A stretch of DNA of 48,147 nt from a bacterium (GTDB taxonomy: Bacteria > Patescibacteriota > Gracilibacteria > BD1-5 > JAGOOR01). The stretch is from NCBI GenBank assembly GCA_031973055.1, contig DALYDS010000001.1, positions 1 to 48,147 of the forward strand, given 5' to 3'. The translations under genes and the position numbers were made by a program. Below, piece by piece: positions 36,335 to 47,992 of the stretch (position 1 is its first letter; the number at the start of each line of letters is the position of its first letter). A model generated the notes under the pieces. It made no database searches. It was given only the letters and a program-made list of their open reading frames with translations, and was not told the DNA's origin.

Positions 36335-39300
36335 CTATTCAACATTTGGGACCAATGCATGAGCAGAATGTACTTCTGTCACATCGGTCACATTGCCTTC
36401 ATAGTATTGTTCGTCTGGTTCGAGATTGTTCTGGAAGTACTGAAGTGTTGGGATACGGCGACCAATAATCACATTTGATTTGATATCAACGAGGTGATCA
36501 ATACGTCGTTTTCCTGCAGCATCAACGAGAACTTTCACAGTTTCTTGGAATGATGCAGCAGAGAGCCATGAATCAGAATGAAGCGATACTTTCGCGATAC
36601 CGAGAACAAGGCGCTGACCAATAGCCTGTTTCTTGCTAGCGGCAACGAGTTTTTTATTCGCATCATTAAATACACCTATATCAACTGTATCTCCCTGGAA
36701 AAATTCACTCTCCCCTGGTTCAATAATCGTCACTTTTGAGAACATCTGTCGTACGATACAACTGACGTGCTTCGCATTGACGGTTTGACCTTGAGAAGCA
36801 TAGATTTCTTTGACTGCTGCGACGATATACTGTTGAGATCTTGCTGGTCCAGCAATCATCATAAGCTCTTCAACATCGATATTTCCTTCACAGAGTTTAT
36901 CGCCTTTTTTGATTTTTTGCTCCTCGACGACAGTGAGCTTACGACCAAATGGAATAACATATTCCAATGTCTGAGCTTCTGTATCTGAGACATAGATGAT
37001 ACCATTTTCAATTTTTGAAACGATTCCACCTGTTGAAGCGATAATCTTTTGCTTCGTCTCTGGAGAGATAGCGAGTACTTGTTTCACTTTGATAGATTCT
37101 CCTGTTTTCACTTTTTGTTCGTGATCGTGAGGGATGTAATATTCTCGCGTTTCAGGCTTGTATGCTTTTATGTACACAGTCGCTGAATTTTTGGTATGTT
37201 CAATTTTGATAACCTCACCATCGATATGACTGATTTTTGCGAGATATTTCGGAGTACGAGCTTCGAAAAGTTCTTCGACACGAGTAAGACCCGTTGTGAT
37301 ATCTCCCCCTTCTTTCGCGACTCATCCTGAGTGGAATGTACGCATCGTAAGCTGAGTACCAGGTTCACCAATAGATTGAGCAGCAACAATACCAACTGGG
37401 GTACCGATTTCGACAAGCCGATTACGTGCGAGATCCATACCATAACAACATTGGCAGACACCTTCGTGAGTTTCACAGTTGAGCATGCTACGAACAGGGA
37501 TATTATCAACATCAGATGCCACAATAGTCTTGAGGAGTGTCTGATCGATAACATCTTGTTTCTTCGCCATGACAGTTCATTTTTTATCAACGAGGTCTTT
37601 TGCAAGAATTTTTCCGTAGATACGTTCTTCGAAAGATTCTTCGAATACGACACCTGATGTAGCACGAGTAATTTCTTCGAAATGCAGTGTGCCACAATCG
37701 AGTTCTCGAACGAGGATATTCTGAGCTGCATCGACGAGACGACGAGTCATGTAACCAGATTGAGCGGTTTTGAGCGCTGTATCCGCTTTACCTTTACGTC
37801 CTCCGTGTGTCGCAATGAAGTACTCGAGAGCTGTGAGACCTTCTTTGAAATTTGATTTGATTGGGAGCTCAATAGTTTTACCAGATGGTGATGCTACGAG
37901 ACCTTTCATACCACAAAGCTGTGTGACGTTACCCCAAGAACCTCGGGCACCAGAGTCAATGAAGTGGTAAATATGATTGTGTTTTGGGAATACTTTTTTC
38001 ATCTCAGATTCAATCACGTTCTTTGCCTGACTCCAGATACGAATAGATTGTTCATAACGCTCATCATCAGTGAGGAAACCTTCGTAGGCCATTGACTGGA
38101 TAGTACGAACTTTCTCTGTTGCTTTTTCGAGGATTTCTCCTTTGTTTGATGGTGTGAGCATATCACTCTCAGAAATTGAGAGGCCACTCATAGTCGCATA
38201 TTTGAAACCAATATTTTTGATTTCATTCGCTACTTGAGCTGTGATAGCAGTACCGTAGTTCTCGAAAATATCGGAGAGAAGTTTTGAGAGCTGCTTCTTG
38301 GTCATCGTCATATTCTGGAATGGATATCCAGCAGGGAGAGCTGCATGGAATCTCATACGTCCATAAGTGGTGCATTTACCATCTTGTATGAGCGGAGTCC
38401 AATCTCGTACTCGAATTTGAGTGTGGAGATCAATTTCTCGATTCATGAAAGCAATAGATGCATCATCGTATGAAGCAAAGACGTGTCCTTTGAATCCTGC
38501 TTCGTTTTCTTTTGTGAGGAAGTAACATCCGAGAATCATATCCTGTGTTGGAGAAACAATTGGTTCTCCATTGCTCGGATTGAGCATGTTCGCTGATGTC
38601 GCCATGAGCTCACGAGCTTCTGCTTGTGCCTCTGGTGTAAGAGGGAGATGGACAGCCATCTGATCTCCGTCAAAATCCGCATTGAATGCTACACAAGTAA
38701 GGGGGTGAAGATGGATAGCTTTACCTTCTACGAGGGTTGGTTGGAATGCTTGGATACCAAGTCGGTGGAGAGTCGGAGCACGATTGAGAAGGACGTATTT
38801 TCCTTTGATAACTTCTTCGAGAGCATCCCAAACTTCTTTGGCATTTTCTTCGATGATTTTTTCAGCGTGTTTCACATTAAATGCATACTCCCCTTCTATG
38901 AGTTTACCAATAACGAATGGCCGGAAAAGTGTGAGAGCAATTGTTTTTGGGAGACCACATTGATCCATCGCGAGATGAGGACCAACCACGATAACAGAAC
39001 GACCAGAATAGTCGACACGTTTACCGAGGAGATTTTGACGGAATCGGCCTTGTTTACCCTTGAGAATATCTGTGAGAGATTTCAACTTACGCTTGTTCGC
39101 CATAGCATAACCAGAACGTGAACTACGAACTGAACCAGAGATGAGAGCATCGACTGATTCCTGGAGCATACGTTTTTCATTCTTTAGGATGACATCTGGA
39201 GCTCCGAGTTGGATGAGTTTCTTGAGACGATTATTTCGGTTGATGACACGACGATAGAGATCATTCAGATCTGAAGACGCCATACGTCCACCATCGAGCT

Positions 39301-40543
39301 GAATCATCGGACGAAGATCTGGTGGGAGAATCTGGAGAGCATCCATGATGAAATCACGTGGATGTTGATTGCTCGCAAAGAGGTCAATAGCGAGACGGAG
39401 TTTTTGGAGGAGTTTCTTTTCTTTTGATTTTGGCGCTGTTTTGATTTCTTTTTGAAGTGTCTGAATGAGGCTACCGAGATCGATACGATCGAGGAGCATC
39501 TTGATTGCTTCACCTCCTGTTCCACCTGTAAATACTTGAGGAAAGCGCTCTGCGAGAAGTCTGTAATCAAGCTCTGAGATAACCATGCCTGATTCGAGCG
39601 AGATGAGTTTGTCACGCATACCTCGGTATTCTTCATCGAGTTCATCGAGTTTTTCTGTACAGTCGCGCTCCATTTCATTAAATGCTTTTGATTTCATTTC
39701 TCCTGCTTCGTGTGCTATTTTTGCTTCGTTTAACATGCCTTGAAATTCTTTTTGCATTTCAGTGCGTGCCTGCTTGAATCTATCTTCGAGTGCTGCGAGA
39801 GCATCCTTGCGGAAATCATCGTGAACATCAGTGATGAGGTATGCTGCAAAATAGACGACTTGATCGAGTTTTTTCACAGGAACATCGAGCATGAGACCAA
39901 CACGAGATGGGACAGATTTGAGGAACCAGATATGAGCGACAGGAGAAGCGAGCTCAATATGAGCCATTCTCTGACGTCGAACCTGAGAAGTTGTCACTTC
40001 TACACCACAACGCTCACAGATGATACCCTTGTATCGGATACGTTTGTATTTACCACACGCACATTCATAGTTCTTTCGTGGACCGAAAATCTGCTCACAG
40101 AAGAGACCACCACGCTCAGGACGCTGCGTACGGTAGTTGATTGTTTCTGAAATAAGTATTTCACCATGAGACTGAGCGAGGATATCTTCTTTTTTTGCAA
40201 TAGAGATAGAAATACCACGAACCTTGTTGAGGTTTTTACCAGCTGTGATATTTTGTTTTCCGGCATTTTTGGAAATAGCAGAGTAATCAGTGATACGATC
40301 ATTGAGAAAGTCTGTCATTTCATCCGTAAGATACGGATTCATGTTGTCATCACCGAGAAAACTCTCTTTTTCAGCACCGATTTCATCAAACTCTGGACCG
40401 AGAAGATCGTCTTCTGAAGGAGATGATACGACATCATCTTCTTCTGGAAGTACCATCTCCTCATCCATAGAGTCGAGTGAAGCGTCGAGGGCTGCGTCGA
40501 GTTGTGTTTCCTCTTGTTCAGCTGGGTTTGATTGTTTGACCAT
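36335..40543 (-). CDS. rpoC: DNA-directed RNA polymerase subunit beta' with a roughly 105-aa acidic N-terminal extension (1402 aa)
   Basis: Track fragments 36335-37177, 37322-37570 and 37577-40543 are in one frame. [12 protein letters not shown] catalytic loop, zinc-finger [29 protein letters not shown][G]VA. Confidence 0.95.
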
Positions 40544-40574
40544 AAACGAAGATTAAAAAGAAAATGAAAAGGTA

Positions 40575-43500
40575 TTATTCGCTCTCAGAAGTATTTTTGA
40601 CAAGATCTGAGAAGACTTCAACCTCTCCCATACGTCCTGCATACTCATCACCACGGTTATCGACTTCTCCTTGTTCGAGGAGTTCGAGCTTGAGACCGAG
40701 AGCTTGGAGCTCTTTGATCATCACGTGGAATGATTCTGGAACACTCGGACGTTTGATTGGTTCATTTTTGACAATAGCACGATATGCCTGTGTACGTCCT
40801 GTGATGTCATCTGACTTAATCGTGAGAATTTCTTGGAGGATATTTGCTGCACCGTAACCCTGAATAGCCCAACATTCCATTTCTCCGAATCTCTGACCTC
40901 CATTCTGAGCTTTACCTCCGAGTGGTTGCTGAGTAATCATAGAGTAAGGACCAACAGCACGGGCATGAATTTTATCTTCGACGAGATGGTGGAGTTTGAG
41001 CATGTAGACTGTACCAAGCATTGTTTTTTCTGCGAATGGTTCTCCAGTTTGTCCATCATAGAGTTGGACTTTACCAGATGTATCCATGCCTGCTTTTTTC
41101 ATGAGGTCATGAATAGTATCTATATTAATACCGTTGAGAACTGGTGTTGCCACTTTGATACCGAGACGACGAGCAGCTTCACCGATATGAGCCTCGAGTA
41201 CTTGTCCGATATTCATACGAGAGACGACACCAAGAGGATTGAGAATGATGTCGACTGGTTGACCATCTGCTGTATGAGGCATATCTTCTGGTGGGACGAT
41301 ACGAGCGACGATACCTTTGTTACCATGTCGACCCGCCATCTTGTCACCAACTTCGATTTTTCGAGTTTGAGCCACGTAGACTTTTACTTGTTGGAAAACA
41401 CCTGTTGCGAGATTATCACCTTCTTCTTTTCGTAAAATCTGAATATCGATAACCTTACCTCCTGAACCTGATGGGAGATAGAGAGAAGAGTCTTTGACGT
41501 CTTTTGATTTATCACCAAAGATTGCTCGGAGAAGGCGTTCTTCTGGAGAGAGTTCTTGTTCACCTTTTGGTGTGATTTTACCGACGAGGATATCACCACC
41601 TTTGACGAAAGCACCAATACGAACAATACCATTTTCATCGAGGTCTTTGAGTTTCGCACTTGAGACATTTGGGATGTCACTGGTAGTGCTCTCTGGTCAG
41701 AGTTTTGTCTCACGAACATCAAGTGTATATTCGTTAATAGATACATTTGTGAAATAATCTTGTTCTACGAGTCGTGAGTTGAGGATGACCGCATCTTCAA
41801 AGTTATATCCATTCCATGGCATATAGGCAACACGGAGATTTTGACCGAGAGCGAGTTCACCTTGTTCCATAGAGTGTCCATCAGCCAAGATATCACCAGC
41901 ACGGAATTCTTGTCCATGAGAGACACGAGGATATTGGTGGATTTGCATGTCGTGATTTGAACGCTCAAATGTGAGGAGTTCGTAGGTTCGTTTTTCACCA
42001 TTATTGTACATAACAGTGATATGTTTCGCATCGACACCGACAACTTTTCCGTCAAAATCAGCCTGAATACAGTAACCACTTTTTTCACCAAATATTTTTT
42101 CATTACCAGTACCTACAATAGGCGCAGACGAACGAACGAGAGGAACAGCCTGACGCATCATGTTTGATCCCATTTCCGCACGAGTCGCATCATCATGTTC
42201 CAAGAATGGAATAAGTGATGTTGTCTCAGAAACGATTTGTTTTGGAGAGATATCAATATGAGTAATATCACGAACATAGACGATAGTTGCTTCACTGTTT
42301 TGTCGAGCACCGAGACGTGTCTCAGCGAAATTACCAAATATATCAATTGGAGAATTGGCTTCAGCGATAGTGAAATCACGTTCTACGTAGGCATCGACAT
42401 ATTCGTACGCATCAGTGAGATGTCCACGAACGAGGACTTCTTTTTCTTTGTATGATTTTTTGAGAAGTTCTGCGTGTTCTTTTTTCATGAGAACTTTTTC
42501 TGGTACGATGACTTTTCCTTTTTCATCGACGATATCCTCGAGTGTAATACGATTCACTGCTGAGAGTCCGTCATTTGCTACGAAATGGCTAATCTTGCGA
42601 TATGGAGTTTGTATGAAACCATACTGATCAACACGAGCAAATGATGAGAAATGAAGAACGAGACCGATATTTGGACCTTCTGGAGTAGCAATAGGACAGA
42701 TACGACCATATTGTGTCGGATGTACGTCTCGAACTTCGAATGATGCACGTTCACGTGTGAGACCTCCAGGACCCATCGCAGAAATACGACGCTTATGGGC
42801 CAACTCTGAGAGAGGATTGCTCTGATCCATGAATTGTGAGAGTTGTGAACTACTGAAGAATTCTTTTACTACTGCTTCAATAGGTCGGTGATTGATAAAG
42901 CTTCGTGCTGTTGATTCATCGAGATTAATGACGGTCATACGATCTTTCGCAATTCGCTCCATACGAGCGAGACCAACGAGAAATTTCTCTTGTACGAGCT
43001 CTCCAACTGATCGGATACGACGATTATCGAGTCGATCAATATCATCAGGTGTACAGCTCGGATCATCCATCTGGAGCTTCATGAGATAACGAAGTGTTTC
43101 TACGATATCATCCGTTGAGAGAAAACGACCATCACCTTCGTATGTACCATTGACGTGAAGTTTTCGAGACATTTTGAGACGTGCGACTTCACCGAGGTCA
43201 AATCGTTTTGCATTGTAAAAAGTCGTACGGAAAAGATCCTCAACTCGCTCATCAGTACCGAGATCTCCTGGTCGGATAAGCTTATAGAGTGCGTGCCATG
43301 CTTCTACCTGGTTTTTTGTTTTATCTTTATCGAGTGTTGGTTGGATAAATTTCGCGAGGATATCTTTATCGTCTTTGAATGCTTTGATAATAGCAGCATC
43401 TGATTCAACGCCGAATGCTCGGAGAAGTGTCGTCGCTGGCATTTTTCGTTTCTTGTCGATACGAACTGTGATCATACCTCGACGATCTGTCGAGAATTCG

Positions 43501-44450
43501 AGCCATGCACCTTTTTTTGGTTTGATTTTCGCACTGTAGACACCAGCATCTACTTCAAAAGCGATACCGTCGGCCTTGATAATTTGATGAACGACAACTC
43601 GTTCAACTCCATTCACGATAAATGTTCCCTTCTCTGTCATGAGAGGTATACCGCCCATAAATACTGTATCTTCTTTAATTTCACCTGTTTCCTTATTCAA
43701 CATTTGGAGTTTGACACGGAGGTATGATTCGTAGTTGAGATTTTTTCGACGACATTCTTTGCTCGTGTAACGAGGTGCCTCGAGCTCCATACCTTTGAAG
43801 TGGATTTCTACACGCTCTTCAGAAAAGTCTGAAATAGGAAACACACTCTCGAGAGCCTCATTAATACCGTGCTCAATAAATGATCGGTAAGAATCAAGCT
43901 GTGCTGCGATAAGCTCAGGCATTTCGATAATAGCACGGTCTTCTGTAAAAAAGTGACGTCCAGATCGGACATAGAGAGCACCGTGTGTTGCTTTTTCGAG
44001 ACGTGGAGTATGTGTAATGGCTGGCACTGGAGAGAGTGAGAGTTGTTTGCGAGGCTCTTTTACTTTTTTTACGACTTCTGGTTTTTTAGATTTTTTTGGA
44101 GCTGGAGTTATTTTTTCTGCTTTTTCCGCAATTACTTTCTTAGGAGTCACCTTTTTTGCGACTTCTTTTTTCTTTGGAGCTTCTTTTTTTGGAGCTGGCT
44201 TTTTTTTGGAGTTCACAGGAGATTTTTTAGGAGATTTAGTTGATTTTGAGTTTACCTTTTTTGCGACTTCTTTTTTCTTTGGAGTTGGCTTCTTTGGGAG
44301 AACCTTCTTTACTGGTTTTTTTGCAATTACTTTCTTAGGAGTCACCTTTTTTGCGACTTCTTTTTTCTTTGGAGTTGGTTTCTTCACAACCTTTGCAGAC
44401 ACTTTACCTCCTGCTTTCTTGGCAGGCTTGGTGAGTTTTTTCGCATTCAT
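40575..44450 (-). CDS. rpoB: DNA-directed RNA polymerase subunit beta with a roughly 175-aa Lys-rich repetitive N-terminal extension (1291 aa)
   Basis: Track fragments 40575-41375 and 41697-44477 are in one frame. The junction RETKL[G][11 protein letters not shown] aligns with E. coli RDTKLGPEEIT. Also [14 protein letters not shown] and [11 protein letters not shown]-type [22 protein letters not shown]. Start taken at ATG 44448-44450 ([12 protein letters not shown]...). Confidence 0.95.
44128..44384 (-). repeat. in-frame direct DNA repeats encoding the [16 protein letters not shown] units of the RpoB N-terminal extension
   Basis: An identical 52-nt unit gcaattactttcttaggagtcaccttttttgcgacttcttttttctttggag occurs at 44128-44179 and 44323-44374. 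A third, partial copy (accttttttgcgacttcttttttctttggagttgg) is at 44254-44288. Confidence 0.85.
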
Positions 44451-44568
44451 AACGTAAAAAAAGGAGATAAAAGACACAGAAAAACCGCATACTTGCTATG
44501 CGATAAACACGGACGAGTTATCTAGTTGGTTCGTGCACGAAAATCGGGATATATGTGATATGCGGAGG

Positions 44569-44596
44569 AGTATAGTAAGTGTGTCAAAATTGTCAA
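44569..44596 (-). promoter_or_regulatory. candidate rpoBC promoter
   Basis: Minus strand TTGACA (44591-44596) -N16- TATACT (44569-44574), about 120 nt upstream of the rpoB ATG. Confidence 0.5.
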
Positions 44597-44612
44597 ATTA
44601 ATTTTTCAATAC

Positions 44613-44948
44613 TTACAATTGACTGTCATCTGTGTCCATAAAACCTTCTGGGAGTTTTCTACTAAAAGCCATCTGCGTATGTCAGCATCCATCATCAAAT
44701 CATTCACCTTCTACAATTTCTCCTCCAGCTGAAAAAATAAGCCAAACCCTGTCCCCATTGGCCTTTAGTAATGCTCCTACTAGTTCTGGCAATTCAGAAA
44801 GTGTCACGTCATGTTTTGGGTTTCCGCCAAGTACACTATACACTCACCTCACAATTCCAACACAGGGGCAATGAGTACATTTTCCACGACAAATAGGATT
44901 CTCTCATTTTTTAGAAATTCTTTTACATATGTGTGCTGGTACATTCAT
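44613..44948 (-). CDS. small Cys-rich hypothetical protein (111 aa) with a CxxxCxxC motif
   Basis: Table-25 frame ATG 44946-44948 to TAA 44613-44615 with 4 UGA: MNVPAHICKRISKK[G]ENPICRGKCTHCPCVGIVR[G]VYSVLGGNPKHD... Not in the track; only an antisense shadow ORF, 44632-44874 (+), is listed. Confidence 0.45.
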
Positions 44949-45001
44949 GCAATATAGTATACTTTACATTATAATAAATTATGTTTATATAACAATAAGT
45001 A

Positions 45002-46078
45002 CTACTGTTGAATTTTACGAAACATCTCTTTATTCATATGAACTAACATATCATACGGTATAGTCTGTGCGCGTTCTGATTGTCGTACGAGACTCACTGG
45101 AGACTCATAATTTTCATCAATAATAACCACCTCATCTCCAATTTTTGCATCGATCACATGCGATATATCTATAGTAGTCAGATTCATCGATATTCGGCCA
45201 ATAATTGGGCATAAAATATTATTTATCAAAACTACACCCGTATTCAAAAATCGTCTATCGATACCGTCATTATAACCAATTGGTAGTATTCCAATTTTCG
45301 TATTTTTCTCAGCACAATAGACACCATCATACCCAACAACATCTCCTGGCTGTATCATTTTTATCTGAATCAATTTCGTGGCACAACGCAACGCTGGCTG
45401 TAAATCTGGGTGACCATAACCAAAAAATGCGAGCCCTGTACGTGCGATATTCCCCAGAGGAAAATGATATTTCTCAGCATGAATAAGTCAGCTTGATGCA
45501 CAGATGTGTTTATATTTCGGATGTATGTCTATGTCTTCGAGAAGAGATTGAAATTTCTGAAATGTTGCTAACTGATTATCTGTGAAAACAAAATCTTCTG
45601 GTGTAGCAAGGTGGGACATGAGTCCTTCTATGTTTGAACGTATTTTTATGAGTATATCTTTTGCAAAAATAGAGTCGAGCATTTGGATGCCCTCTCGATG
45701 CATGCCTGTATCAACAAAAAGATGTATCCTGGCACGAGGATATCTCCGAATCACGGCACTGGCATAATCTAAATCAGAAACAGCGTAGATGAAATTTTTT
45801 CTCCGAGGTATATCGCGTGGGTCAATATAACCCATGATGAGGATATCTTTTTTATAACCGTATTTTTCGAGTTCATATGCCTCGTAGAGAGAGTCCACAC
45901 AAATAAAAGGAATTGAATACTTCGTCAAGAAAGGAGTCAGAATTTTGATTCAATGGCCGTACGAATTACTCTTTACAACTGGAACAGCTAAGACACCATT
46001 GTGAAGTCCTGAGAGTACTTGGAGATTATGAATAAACCTGTCAGGAAAAATCGTGAGTGTATTGAGATTGTGATACAT
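45002..46078 (-). CDS. alr: alanine racemase
   Basis: MYHNLNTLTI...AVPVVKSNSYGH[G]IKIL (PLP-Lys motif), ...HLATPED..., C-terminal ...IGILPIGYNDGIDRR...GRISMNLTTIDIS. Three track fragments are in one frame. 358 aa. Confidence 0.85.
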
Positions 46079-46135
46079 GGCGAATTGACAAATACAAAAA
46101 AAGAGTAATTTATAGTGGTTATTATACAAAAAAAT

Positions 46136-47095
46136 ATGAATGCTCCAAGCTCAGAAATTATCGTTGTATGAGGAAGAAACAAAATCAATGAAAAACCGAA
46201 TCATGGCGGTAATCACCTAGCCCATTTGGTACAATTTGGAGTACCGACTACGTCACTCGATATTTTACCTATCAAAGAAGAACGTGAATGAATAATTACC
46301 CATAAGCAGTGAACATTGGCAGAATATCTTAAGAGCTGAATAGCTACACCTCGTTGAGTACTAATTTCAACACCCGATGAATGTCATATCGCAGATTTAC
46401 GAGCATCAATAGAAGCAGGAGTAAGGGTAATTCTCGTAGAAAAACCCATAGGACTAAGTGCTGATGATTATAGAGAATTTCAAAGACTCTACGCTCTTGC
46501 CAAAGAACAATGACAGATAATCATGTCTTGTCTCCCCCGTCTCACAGATACACCATACCGACATCTCACTATGGGTATGTCAGAACTTATCAATCTCTAT
46601 GGTGATGTTACGGAGATATCCCATACTTTTGGATTCAATAAAGACGTAAACAAAGGCTTCGCTGGGCAAGATCATATTGCTCATGAAATTACGACTGTCA
46701 TGCAAATACTCTGATATACATGAAAAATAGAAGATATCCAAATACATATAACAAAAAGTTCGGCTGATGAATATTCGTGTTACTGATGGATTGGTGGTGT
46801 TCATTTTACTATTGGTGGCAACAAGAAATCCACAGAGAAATATGAGCAAGTTACAATAAAATTTGAAAAAGGTACTGCTCATCTCGATGCTGCCAACGGT
46901 AAATTTACTCATTCTCCTAATTCATGAGGACAAAAGTTTGAGTACGATGCAGGGAAAAGTAATCCTGTCGATCGTTTAACAACTGTGTCACGTAATTTTG
47001 TAGAATTTGCTTTGGGAACAGAGGGGGTAAAATTATATTTGCCTGATAATAGTCTTGCAGCCTCTGCTTTTTTCCCATCTACATTGGACTGGTAA
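46136..47095 (+). CDS. Gfo/Idh/MocA-family NAD(P)-dependent oxidoreductase
   Basis: 319-aa table-25 frame with about 10 UGA. N-terminal Rossmann SEIIVV[G]GRNKI..., VLISTPDECHIADLRASIEAGVRVILVEKPIGLS (EKP motif). The track shows only 46523-46714. Confidence 0.65.
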
Positions 47096-47984
47096 AATCC
47101 GATAGCTGGTTCGTAATACTCCAACCAGTTTGTTGTAGTTTATTTGAATCAAGTGCAGTTCGTTGAATTTCCCCTAGTGCTGATGAATGCTGAGGAGCAA
47201 GTGAAGTTTTGGTAGTTTCTGCAAGAATACTCCAGAGCTCATTGACGGATGTTTCGATACCAGTACCAACATGATATATACCTGTGAGATTTTTCTCCAG
47301 TGAATGGAGATTGGCAGAAACGACATCATCCACATGAACGAAGTCACGCGTCTGATCTCCATCTCCAAAAATAGTTGGCACTTCATTATTTTTTATTTTT
47401 TCGAGAAAAATAGAAACAACCCCTGCTTCACCGTGAGCATTTTGTCTTGGTCAGTACACATTTGCGTAGCGTAATATCGTTGACTGAATACCATACTGTC
47501 TCTCATAAAAACCAAGAAGAAACTCTACTGAACGTTTTGAGATTCCATAAGGTGTTTCAGGGTTGGCGATATGTTCCTCAGAATATGGTGGAGTATCTCC
47601 GCCAAACATAGCCCCACCAGTCGAAGAAAATATCATACGTTCACAACCAACTTCTCTCATTGCTTCTAGGATATTCAGAGTTCAGAGAATATTTACTTCA
47701 ACATCTCTTTGTGGATTTTTGATAGATTCTCTCACATTTATCTGCGCAGCAAGATGAAAAACTACCTCTGGTTGGAAAGAATGGAAAATGCTCTTCATAC
47801 GATGAACATCACATATATCTCCTTCACAGACGAGGAGACGTGTATTGTTTTTATGTTGCTCAATATTGGCACGTGCTCCAGATGAAAAATCATCCACAAC
47901 GCACACATTATTTCACGCATCTATACATGCATCAACAAGATGTGAGCCGATAAAACCAGCTCCACCAGTAATAAGGATTTTCAT
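47079..47984 (-). CDS. NAD-dependent epimerase/dehydratase (UDP-glucose 4-epimerase-like)
   Basis: MKILITGGAGFIGSHLVDACIDA[G]NNV..., ...PYGISKRSVEFLL (YxxxK), ...GDGDQTRDFVHVDDVV... Three track fragments are in one frame. 301 aa. Confidence 0.8.
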
Positions 47985-47992
47985 AGAATAAA

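Noticed and set aside
44017-44457. The repetitive region (also track ORFs 44017-44457 + and 44043-44243 +) could be a CRISPR array or a non-coding tandem-repeat array.
   Set aside because: The repeats are in frame within the rpoB 5' coding region and encode [16 protein letters not shown] units. There is no repeat-spacer periodicity and there are no cas genes. The + strand ORFs are antisense shadows.
44476-44502. The hairpin CGCAUA-gcaag-UAUGCG plus U5 in the rpoB 5' leader could be a transcriptional attenuator.
   Set aside because: It has only a 6-bp stem with a short U-run, and I found no associated leader ORF or alternative pairing. That is too weak to call from sequence alone.
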